Shown here piece after piece: positions 18,491 to 26,072 of a stretch of DNA of 64,000 nt (position 1 is its first letter; the number at the start of each line of letters is the position of its first letter). Source of the DNA: Candidatus Poriferisocius sp. (lineage in GTDB: Bacteria; Actinomycetota; Acidimicrobiia; Acidimicrobiales; Bin134); assembly GCF_965219815.1 (NCBI RefSeq), contig NZ_OZ244791.1, positions 1,866,413 through 1,930,412 on the forward strand, given 5' to 3'. The translations under genes were made by a program, and so were the position numbers. Below the pieces are notes generated by a model. It ran no database searches. It was not told the origin of the DNA and saw only the letters and a program-made list of their open reading frames with translations.

Positions 18491-19767
18491 TCGGACGGCA
18501 CGGCGGTGGTGCCGTCGTGTTCAAGAACGTGCAGATTTTCGACGGCACCGGGGCCGGGCGCTTCCCTGGTTCCGTATTGGTGCGGAGCAATCGCATCCAG
18601 CAGGTTGTCGCCGGATGCGGGGAGATCGACGCCCCCGAGGCCATGGTCGTCGACGGCCGTGGCGGCACCCTCATGCCCGGTATGGTCGAGGGGCACGCCC
18701 ATCTCACATGGCCGTCGTCGATTGAGCAAATCATCAATGACATGGCACTCCCGATCGAGGAGCACATGCTCACCACCGCGGTGAATGCACGTATCACCCT
18801 CGACGCGGGCTTCACCAGCGCCTATTCAGCCGGGTCGCTTGGCGAGCGCATGGAGGTAGCTCTGCGCGACCACATCGACGACGGCCGACTGCCTGGGCCG
18901 CGACTGCGCGCCTCGGCAATGGAAAAGGGCCAAGAAGGGATCATGGGCGTGCCCGAGGGGCACGATCCAACCCACGACCGCAGCATTCCGGGTCTTCAAC
19001 AGTACGTACGCGACATGGCTGACCTCGGCGTCGACACCATCAAACTGCTCATGTCCAGCGACGAGGGGTTCAGCCCTGGCGGCGCCAATGTGCTGATGTA
19101 CTCCGAGGAAGAAGCCCAGGCGGTGGGCGTGGCTGCCCGCGAGGCGGGCATGTGGTTGGCGTGCCACGCCCAGGCTGCCGAAGCGGTAAAGCGGGCGGTG
19201 CGGGCCGGCTTTCGGTGCATCTACCACTGCACCCTCGCCGATGAGGAAGCGCTCGACATGCTCGAGGAGCATCGGGATGAGCTGTTCGTGGCGCCGGCGC
19301 CGGGACTGCTCTATTCCCGCATCCACGAGGCCGAGGAATTCGGCATCGACCGTGCCACCGCAGAGCGGATGGGTGCGGTCTCTGGTCTAGAGGCCATGGA
19401 GCGGATCTACCCCGAGATGAAGCGCCGCGGCATCCGCGTGGTCCCGGGGGGCGACTACGGATTCCCGTACAACCCCGTAGGACGCAACGCGCGCGATCTC
19501 CAGCTCTTCGTCGATCTCTTCGGCTACACGCCGGTTGAAGTGCTAGTGGCGGCAACGAAGACCGCCGGCGAGATGGTCGGTTTCGATGTCGGCACCATCG
19601 AGGAGCGCCGACTGGCCGATCTGCTGCTCATTGACGGGGACCCCACTGTCGATGTCTCAATCCTTCAGGACAGAGAGCGAATCGTCGCCGTGATGCAAGA
19701 CGGGTCATTCCACCGGGCGCCCCCCTGGCAGTCGTTCGCGGGAAGCAGCCAAGACAACGGCCAGTAG
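18487..19767 (+). CDS. amidohydrolase family protein (metal-dependent hydrolase)
   Basis: The ATG at 18487 overlaps the GlcG stop (ATGA). N-terminal FKNVQIFDGTG...LMPGMVEGHAHL (HxH metal motif) and C-terminal ADLLLIDGDP. Confidence 0.8.
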   Translation: MIGRHGGGAVVFKNVQIFDGTGAGRFPGSVLVRSNRIQQVVAGCGEIDAPEAMVVDGRGGTLMPGMVEGHAHLTWPSSIEQIINDMALPIEEHMLTTAVNARITLDAGFTSAYSAGSLGERMEVALRDHIDDGRLPGPRLRASAMEKGQEGIMGVPEGHDPTHDRSIPGLQQYVRDMADLGVDTIKLLMSSDEGFSPGGANVLMYSEEEAQAVGVAAREAGMWLACHAQAAEAVKRAVRAGFRCIYHCTLADEEALDMLEEHRDELFVAPAPGLLYSRIHEAEEFGIDRATAERMGAVSGLEAMERIYPEMKRRGIRVVPGGDYGFPYNPVGRNARDLQLFVDLFGYTPVEVLVAATKTAGEMVGFDVGTIEERRLADLLLIDGDPTVDVSILQDRERIVAVMQDGSFHRAPPWQSFAGSSQDNGQ

Positions 19768-19819
19768 CTCAGGAAGGCCCGCGGCCCAGTCGGTGGTTTT
19801 GCCCACCTAGTGTGGCAGT

Positions 19820-21349
19820 GTGCTTGTCCGTTTGGGCGCGCTGCTGGTGGGAGCCGCCGTTCTTGCCGCGGCGTGCGCGGGCGCAGACAATGCCGACCGG
19901 ATCCCAGCCTCGACCCCCACGACCGCGGACGCCCCTGGCGGGGACAGCCCCCAACCCAGAGCGACCGCCGGCGCAGCAGCCGTCGCTTCCCCCACGCCAA
20001 CCCCTTCGCCTACCGCCCCGGTGGTTCTGGATCCGCGTGAGACCGGGGGACTGAGGAACTTCCTGGGCTACCAATTCCCGCCCTCGCCCCAAGCGCCCAC
20101 GGGTCCGCTGTCACCGGAAGCCACCGACCAACTCGACTTCATCTGGTCCAAATTGCGCACCGGCGGGCTCGAAGGTGCCGAGGTGGCCCGGCTTGGGGAG
20201 TCGGGCGATGCCCGGCTGGCCTGGATCTTGTCTGACCTCTTGAGGTTCGTTCGCCCCGGCGACATCTTCAACGGGGCGGTTTCGGCCTTTGAGGAGCTGA
20301 CCGGCGCGTCGCTGGTCGACGATCCGGTGGCCATTAGGAGCCCCTGGCAATCGATGACCGATCACCTGATTGCCTGGGATCTGCCCGTCTTCGACGGTTA
20401 CGCCGACTACAAGGGCCGGCTGTTCACCCTGATCGAGCCGGGCTGGCAGCCGTTCTTCGAAGACGCCGATGCCGACATCGACTGGCGTTTGGTGAGCTGG
20501 GGCGGTGTGCTGATTGACGACCGGGAATTCGGCGACCCGCGGCCGTGCCCGCAGGGCTGCATCCCGGCGCTCGACGACCCGGGCGTGACCGATGCCGAGG
20601 GAGGCTCCTGGTACCCCGACGACGGCATCGTGTTCGCATTGGTGATCGGCGGCGAGGCCCGGGCCTACTCCCGACACATCATGGAAATCCACGAGATGGT
20701 CAACGACTCGCTCGGGGGGCGCCGCATCGGCATGCCGTATTGCACCCTGTGCGGCTCGGCGCAGGCCTACTTCACCGACGAAGTGCCCGACGGGGTCGAG
20801 ATGCCCGTCTTGCGGACGTCGGGTTTGCTGTCGCGGTCGAACAAGGTGATGTACGACCTGGTCACCAAGTCGGTATTCGATACCTTCACCGGGCGTGCAT
20901 TGTCAGGTCCGCTGCACCGACAGGGGCTTGTGCTGCCCCAGGCCACGGTGATCACCACCACCTGGGGCGAATGGAAGGCTGCGCATCCCGATACCACGAT
21001 TGTTGCCCAGGGCGGCGGGATCGGCCGGGTGTATCCCTTCAACCCACTGGGCGGGCGCGACGATCATGGGCCTATCTTCCCGGTGGGCGATGTGGACGAA
21101 CGCCTCGGCGTTCAAGATCTAGTGTTCGGTGTGGTGCTGGACGACGGCACCCCGGTGGCGTTCCCGGTGGAGGCTGCGGCTGCCGCGCTGCGAGCCGGCG
21201 AGGTGGTGGAGTTGAGCGGCGTGGAGCTCCGCTTGGACGGGGGCGGGGTGCGCGCCATCGACTCCGACGGCCATGAGATCACCGGTCACCAGGCGTTCTG
21301 GTTTGCCTGGAGCCAATTCATGGCCGACACCCTCCTGTGGGAGCCGTAA
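19820..21349 (+). CDS. DUF3179 domain-containing secreted/lipoprotein
   Basis: Signal peptide ending LAAACAG, then a Pro/Ala/Thr-rich linker. The core contains PYCTLCGSAQAYF, which I associate with DUF3179. Confidence 0.6.
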   Translation: MLVRLGALLVGAAVLAAACAGADNADRIPASTPTTADAPGGDSPQPRATAGAAAVASPTPTPSPTAPVVLDPRETGGLRNFLGYQFPPSPQAPTGPLSPEATDQLDFIWSKLRTGGLEGAEVARLGESGDARLAWILSDLLRFVRPGDIFNGAVSAFEELTGASLVDDPVAIRSPWQSMTDHLIAWDLPVFDGYADYKGRLFTLIEPGWQPFFEDADADIDWRLVSWGGVLIDDREFGDPRPCPQGCIPALDDPGVTDAEGGSWYPDDGIVFALVIGGEARAYSRHIMEIHEMVNDSLGGRRIGMPYCTLCGSAQAYFTDEVPDGVEMPVLRTSGLLSRSNKVMYDLVTKSVFDTFTGRALSGPLHRQGLVLPQATVITTTWGEWKAAHPDTTIVAQGGGIGRVYPFNPLGGRDDHGPIFPVGDVDERLGVQDLVFGVVLDDGTPVAFPVEAAAAALRAGEVVELSGVELRLDGGGVRAIDSDGHEITGHQAFWFAWSQFMADTLLWEP

Positions 21350-21353
21350 GGGG

Positions 21354-22919
21354 TCAGGCTTTTTCGGAGGGCGGCGGCAATTGGCCAACCCACAGCTCGT
21401 CGCGGAGTTTGGTGCGGAGGACTTTGCCGGTGGGGTCGCGATCGACCGTAGGGCGGATGATGTAGCGGCGGGGGCGCTTGTAGCCCGCGAGGTGCTCATT
21501 GCAGGCGGCGTCGATGGCTGCGGTCACCTCGTCGGGCCCGAAGCCGTCGGACACGGCCAGATACACCACCACCTGTTCGCCCCGGTCGGGGTCGGGTCCG
21601 CCCACCGCACAGGCATCGGCCACCCCGTCGACCGCGAAGATCACGTCCTCGATCTCGGCGGGGTAGATGTTCACTCCGGCGGCCACGATCACCTCGGAGC
21701 TGCGGCCCGACAGGTACAGATAGCCGTCCTCATCCAGGTAGCCGATGTCGCCCACCGAGAAGAACCCGGCTTCGTTGTAGGCGTCGTCGGTCTTGTCATC
21801 GGCGTTGATATAGCGGAAATAACGCCCTTCGGGTCGGCGGAAGTACACCGTGCCGGGCTCGCCGGGGGCCAGCACCTCGCCGTTGTCGTCCACGATCTGG
21901 ATGACGAGCTCACCGATGGGGGTGCCTACGGTGCCGGGCCGGGCCAGCCAATCGGTCGAGCTGCACATGGTCATCCCGCCTTCGGTGAAGCCGTAGTACT
22001 CGGTGAAGATCGGGCCCCACCACTCGATCATGCGCTGCTTAAGAGGCACAGGGCAGGGTTCGCCGCCGTGGAGGACAGTGGCCAGACGGGAGTGGTCCAG
22101 ATCGGATTTTCGCTCGTCGGGCAGGGCTAGGAGCTGGCGGAACATGGTGGGAACCATGATGGAGGCGGTCACTCCGTCGTTGATCACGTCCACGGCTCGC
22201 TCCGCGTCCCACCGTCCCATGATCCGCATGGGCGCGCCGTTGGCCAGCGCCCCCAAGGCAAAGGCCAGGGGAGCGCCGTGAAAGAGCTGGGCCACCAAGA
22301 GGTGCTTGCCGTCTCGGGGCAGACCCAGCCCCTGGGCCCCCATTGACGAGAACTCCCACCACTGCTCAAAGGTGGACTCCGAGTCCAGAGTGCGCTCCAC
22401 CCCTTTGGGCCGCCCTGTGGTGCCCGAGGTGTAGGGGATGCGATAGCCAGTGCCCCCCGCCGGGAGCGGCGTCGGATCTTGGGCATCCACCCAGGCGTCG
22501 AATTCGTCGCCAATCCACACCACCGGGCGGTGGCTGGCCGCGTCTCGGGCCGCGGGTGCGTCGGTCACCACGAGCGCTGAGCCAGCATCGTTGAGCACGT
22601 AGGCGATCTCGGTGGCTGTCCAGTTGGTCTTGATCGGCGTCATCTTCAGCCCGGCCCGAAAGCAGGCCAGCATGACCTCCACGAACTCGGTGCGGTTGGA
22701 GCACACCAGCCCGACATGATCCCCCGGCGAGGCCCCCGCGGCCAGGAGCCCCCGCCCGATGGCATGGGTGCGCCGGTCCAGCTCAGCCCAGGTCATCTGA
22801 TGGGTGTCGTCCTCCAACGCCAGGTCATTCGGTTCCCGCCTGGCCAACTCCGCCAGCACCGAGGGTTCGCTCACTGCTGCGACACTACCGGTCGTATCAG
22901 GCTTCGCCGACAATTCCAC
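21354..22919 (-). CDS. AMP-dependent acyl-CoA synthetase/ligase (FadD-like)
   Basis: 521 aa. AMP-binding motif IPYTSGTTGRPKGV and C-terminal GDIGYLDEDGYLYLSGR. GTG start at 22919. Confidence 0.9.
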   Translation of the reverse strand: MELSAKPDTTGSVAAVSEPSVLAELARREPNDLALEDDTHQMTWAELDRRTHAIGRGLLAAGASPGDHVGLVCSNRTEFVEVMLACFRAGLKMTPIKTNWTATEIAYVLNDAGSALVVTDAPAARDAASHRPVVWIGDEFDAWVDAQDPTPLPAGGTGYRIPYTSGTTGRPKGVERTLDSESTFEQWWEFSSMGAQGLGLPRDGKHLLVAQLFHGAPLAFALGALANGAPMRIMGRWDAERAVDVINDGVTASIMVPTMFRQLLALPDERKSDLDHSRLATVLHGGEPCPVPLKQRMIEWWGPIFTEYYGFTEGGMTMCSSTDWLARPGTVGTPIGELVIQIVDDNGEVLAPGEPGTVYFRRPEGRYFRYINADDKTDDAYNEAGFFSVGDIGYLDEDGYLYLSGRSSEVIVAAGVNIYPAEIEDVIFAVDGVADACAVGGPDPDRGEQVVVYLAVSDGFGPDEVTAAIDAACNEHLAGYKRPRRYIIRPTVDRDPTGKVLRTKLRDELWVGQLPPPSEKA

Positions 22920-22932
22920 GGCTCATTGCGAG

Positions 22933-22964
22933 GTACGTCATCGTACAGTCGGTACCGAAGGTAC
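22933..22964. repeat. four phased GTAC motifs (GGTACG-5-GTACA-4-GTACC-4-GTACG)
   Basis: GTAC occurs at 22933, 22943, 22952 and 22961, about one helical turn apart, 14-45 nt upstream of the fadD-like GTG, at the left junction of the low-G+C insert. Confidence 0.5.
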
Positions 22965-23087
22965 GAGCATGGCCTGATGAAGCCACTCGGTAGAATTTCT
23001 GGGGAACTATGTTGGCCATACTCCATCCCCTGACCTGGCGTTTTGAAAAATATCTCGTGTTGTACTGGTGTCATCGTAGAAATCGTC

Positions 23088-23093
23088 TATAAT
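23088..23093 (+). promoter_or_regulatory. candidate -10 box TATAAT for the low-G+C cassette
   Basis: Perfect TATAAT 63 nt upstream of the ATG at 23156, which is preceded by AAGGAG at 23143-23148. I could not find a well-spaced -35 (TTGTAC lies 22 nt upstream). Confidence 0.35.
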
Positions 23094-23155
23094 ATCCTTG
23101 TGGGGGATATTCGGAAGAAGTTTGGCTCGGCCGCCAGTCATTAAGGAGAAGCACC

Positions 23156-24079
23156 ATGAGCAATGACCTTGAATCGATCTCCAGCAGTGTCGGGGGGAAG
23201 GAAGACAACGAAAGCGCTGCCATCAGTAATAGAGGCGGGCCGCAGAGGAGGGGGGCCGGTTTTCCAAGGCTGTCACTCTCAGAGGCATCCAGAATTCTGA
23301 AAGAGGCTGGCAAGTACGGTTTTGAGCATACTGCATCGGCGTTTGCCGAGTACATGGGCCTAAGTACGACCAACAGTGGCAGCTTTCGTCAGCGACTCGC
23401 AGCATTTCGGGACTTCAAACTCATTGCTGGCCGAGGTGAGGTCCTCACAATGACTGGCGTGGCCAGGCAGATTGCTAAACCCCTTAGCGACGCAGGAGAA
23501 CTAGAGGCACTGCAGGAAGCGTTCGCAAATTGTCAGATATTTGCTGACTTATATGAAAAATCCTCTAAGGGTGTGTCCCTGCAGCGTAGACATCTTGCAG
23601 CACGCGCAATTCACGAGTTCCGAGTTTCACCGGCCAACGGCGATGCGTTTGTGGATTCATTCGCCGAGAGTCTCGCGGCTGCAGGGTTGGGAGAAGAAGA
23701 CGGTGAGGATGTTGTCATTCTCCGGGAAAAAGTTGGGCGTCCCGTGGACAACGCCAATGGGGAGACCCAATCCGAGAATGAGTCACTGACCGATACAGGC
23801 GGACTCATACAACAGCCTGCGTCCACTCCAGCTTTCCCTGAAGAACGCGATTCCAAGTCAAAAATTCTTCCAAAACCAGTCATCGATCACACTTGGGAGA
23901 TCCAAGGCGGACAAGTTGTATTCCAAGTCTGCATGGAGGGAGCACCGGCTTCCGATGCATACAGCAACATCGGGACAGTGATAGCCAGCATCGAGGAACT
24001 AGTGAATGTGCTTGGCCCGGATCAGCCAATCGGGCAGGTCGATGAGCCGGAGAATGGGACTGATGGTCCGGAGGAGTGA
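23156..24079 (+). CDS. orphan protein of unknown function (first gene of the low-G+C cassette)
   Basis: 307 aa with a strong RBS. The layout is a polar N-terminus, a helical region (LSLSEASRILKEAGKYG...FRQRLAAFRDFKLIAG), an acidic linker, and a short C-terminal domain. The stop overlaps the next start (ATGA). No family recognised. Confidence 0.7.
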   Translation: MSNDLESISSSVGGKEDNESAAISNRGGPQRRGAGFPRLSLSEASRILKEAGKYGFEHTASAFAEYMGLSTTNSGSFRQRLAAFRDFKLIAGRGEVLTMTGVARQIAKPLSDAGELEALQEAFANCQIFADLYEKSSKGVSLQRRHLAARAIHEFRVSPANGDAFVDSFAESLAAAGLGEEDGEDVVILREKVGRPVDNANGETQSENESLTDTGGLIQQPASTPAFPEERDSKSKILPKPVIDHTWEIQGGQVVFQVCMEGAPASDAYSNIGTVIASIEELVNVLGPDQPIGQVDEPENGTDGPEE

Positions 24080-24513
24080 TGACGAGTAAGGAGGCCGAGG
24101 AAAACGCACCTTGGCGCGTCCACTTCTTTCGCCGGGAAAGGGGTGGCGATCTATCGGAAGCCGTTCCAGCAATGGGGTTCTTGAAGTCCGTTCCTAGCGG
24201 TGTGGCCGCGAAGATCCAGGCGGTCTTGGAGGCTGTTGCCGAAGCACCCCCACCATCGTTCTCTGGTGGAGGAATGTGGAAGGCGATGCGTGGCGATATG
24301 GCAGGTTTCTACGAGGTGTGTGTTCAAGGGTCGGATGCAAACTATCGGTTGCTTTGCCTTCTCGACCGCCACGCTGATGACCTGGGCGGATCATCGATTA
24401 TCTGCGTCTATGGGTTTTCAAAGCCAAAGCGACAGAGTGCAAGCGGCAGAGATTACAGGCAGGCCAGAAAATACCGGGAAGAATTCGAACGAACCAGGAA
24501 TGTGCTTAGCTGA
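24076..24513 (+). CDS. Gp49/HigB-like toxin (RelE/ParE superfamily, DUF891-like)
   Basis: 145 aa. The C-terminal half (GFYEVCVQGSDANYRLLCLL...SSIICVYGFSKPKRQSASGRDYRQARKYREEF) follows the Gp49-like pattern (F-E-hR, YR-hh, hhhhhxFxKK, Y). Translationally coupled to the upstream gene. Confidence 0.6.
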   Translation: MMTSKEAEENAPWRVHFFRRERGGDLSEAVPAMGFLKSVPSGVAAKIQAVLEAVAEAPPPSFSGGGMWKAMRGDMAGFYEVCVQGSDANYRLLCLLDRHADDLGGSSIICVYGFSKPKRQSASGRDYRQARKYREEFERTRNVLS

Positions 24514-24838
24514 TTTTGGCGGCACCTAGCTCGGCACCAGTCCCGTGACCGGCTCCCAGTTCAAGCCCAACAGCACAGGCAAGGTCAACCACAGTGCCGA
24601 ATGAGGGGTCGGGTGTTTCGAGCGAGTAGATCTGCCGGATGTCTTCGGGATTGATATTGGCCTGGCAGGCTAGCTCCTCGTAGCTCCAGCCCAGCTCATT
24701 TCGGCGCTGGTCAATGAGCCGAATGATGGAATCGAACTGGTCATCTCTGTGACGGGCCTGTTCGACTGTGCAGCGATACTCCGGGTCGTCCATGCGCTCT
24801 GCGAAATACCGTTCGGCACCGGTGCGTTCCCTGGACAT
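24506..24838 (-). CDS. XRE-family helix-turn-helix protein (HigA-like antitoxin/regulator candidate)
   Basis: I chose the ATG at 24838 (MSRERTGAERYFAERMDDPEYR...). The HTH is LGWSYEELACQANINPEDIRQIYS. The 3' end overlaps the toxin 3' end by 8 bp in convergent orientation. Confidence 0.65.
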   Translation of the reverse strand: MSRERTGAERYFAERMDDPEYRCTVEQARHRDDQFDSIIRLIDQRRNELGWSYEELACQANINPEDIRQIYSLETPDPSFGTVVDLACAVGLELGAGHGTGAELGAAKIS

Positions 24839-24844
24839 ATAGCC

Positions 24845-24850
24845 ACTATA
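24845..24850 (-). promoter_or_regulatory. candidate -10 box (TATAGT on the minus strand) 6 nt upstream of the XRE ATG, implying a leaderless mRNA
   Basis: The minus strand reads TATAGT-GGCTAT-ATG. There is no Shine-Dalgarno sequence, and the spacing fits transcription starting at or next to the A of the ATG. Confidence 0.3.
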
Positions 24851-24895
24851 GCGACCCGTCAACCGCGGTAGACAGGCCATTCAACTTTAGAACCG

Positions 24896-26047
24896 TCAGG
24901 AGGGATTGCCGCCGAGGCCGATTTGGCGGGCGATGATGTTGCGCTGGATCTCGCTGGAGCCGGCGCCGATTGTGCCCAAGCGGGCATTGCGCCAGTGAAG
25001 CTGCATGTTGGAGTCGAGGGTGTAGCCGTAGCCGCCCATCACCTGCATCCCGGAGTAGCTGGCCCGCATCATGGCCTCGCTGATCCACAGCTTGGCCATC
25101 GACACTTCTAGGGAGCACGGCTCGCCCGCGGCGATGCGCCGGGCCAAGTCCCAGGTGAGGGTGCGGGCGATGTTCACGTCGACCGCGACGTCGGCCAGCA
25201 TGTGCTGGATGGCCTGGAAGCGCCCGATGGCCTGGCCGAACTGCTCCCGGGTGTTGGCGTATTCGATGGCCTCATCCAAGATGGCCTCCATCGGCCCGAG
25301 GTTGATGGGCAGTGAGGAGAACCGCTCCCGCTCCAGGTTGGCCTGAAGATTGCGATGGCCCTGGCCCTCGGCGCCCAAGATGTTGGCGGCCGGCACCCGC
25401 ACGTCGGTGTAGGCAACCATGTTGGTTCCGCTGGCCCGCTCGCCGATGGTCTCGATGGGAGTGATCTCGATGCCGGGGCTCGACAGGTCCACCACGAAGA
25501 ACGTGATGCCGTCCTGTTTTTTCGGCTCATCGGAAGTGCGGGTGGCCAACAGCACGTAGTCGGCGTGGCGGGCGAAGGAGTTCCACATCTTGGTGCCGTT
25601 CACCACGTACTCGTCGCCGTCGCGCTCGGCCCGGCATTTGAGGTTGAAGGCGTCGGATCCGGCATCGGGCTCGCTGAGCGAGAAGCAGAACTTGTACTGG
25701 CCGGAGGCGATACCGGGGAGGAATCGCTCCCGCTGTTCCTCGGTGCCGTAGATCTGCAATCCCCCCGACGCGTGGATGGCAGACCGATAGACCATGATGG
25801 CGAACGACATCATGGCCCGGCTCAACTCGTGCAAAACGATGGCCACCTCCACGATTCCCCCGCCCTGGCCGCCGTGCTGCTCGGGGATGCCAACCCCCAT
25901 GAACCCGGCATCAGCGAACCGCTGGTAGGTCTCCAGTGGGGGCTCGCCCTTGATGTCCCACTCCCGGGCGAACCCGTCGGGCATCTCTTTGGCCGCGAAG
26001 CCTCGCACCGATTCCCGCAGCAGCTCCTGTTCGGGGGTGAACTCCAT
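24896..26047 (-). CDS. acyl-CoA dehydrogenase
   Basis: 383 aa with the typical three-domain ACAD sequence (FTPEQELLRESVR...GIPEQHGGQGG...MQVMGGYGYTLD...GAGSSEIQRNIIAR). Confidence 0.9.
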   Translation of the reverse strand: MEFTPEQELLRESVRGFAAKEMPDGFAREWDIKGEPPLETYQRFADAGFMGVGIPEQHGGQGGGIVEVAIVLHELSRAMMSFAIMVYRSAIHASGGLQIYGTEEQRERFLPGIASGQYKFCFSLSEPDAGSDAFNLKCRAERDGDEYVVNGTKMWNSFARHADYVLLATRTSDEPKKQDGITFFVVDLSSPGIEITPIETIGERASGTNMVAYTDVRVPAANILGAEGQGHRNLQANLERERFSSLPINLGPMEAILDEAIEYANTREQFGQAIGRFQAIQHMLADVAVDVNIARTLTWDLARRIAAGEPCSLEVSMAKLWISEAMMRASYSGMQVMGGYGYTLDSNMQLHWRNARLGTIGAGSSEIQRNIIARQIGLGGNPS

Positions 26048-26072
26048 GGGTGCCTCTTAGTGCCGAAGTCGC

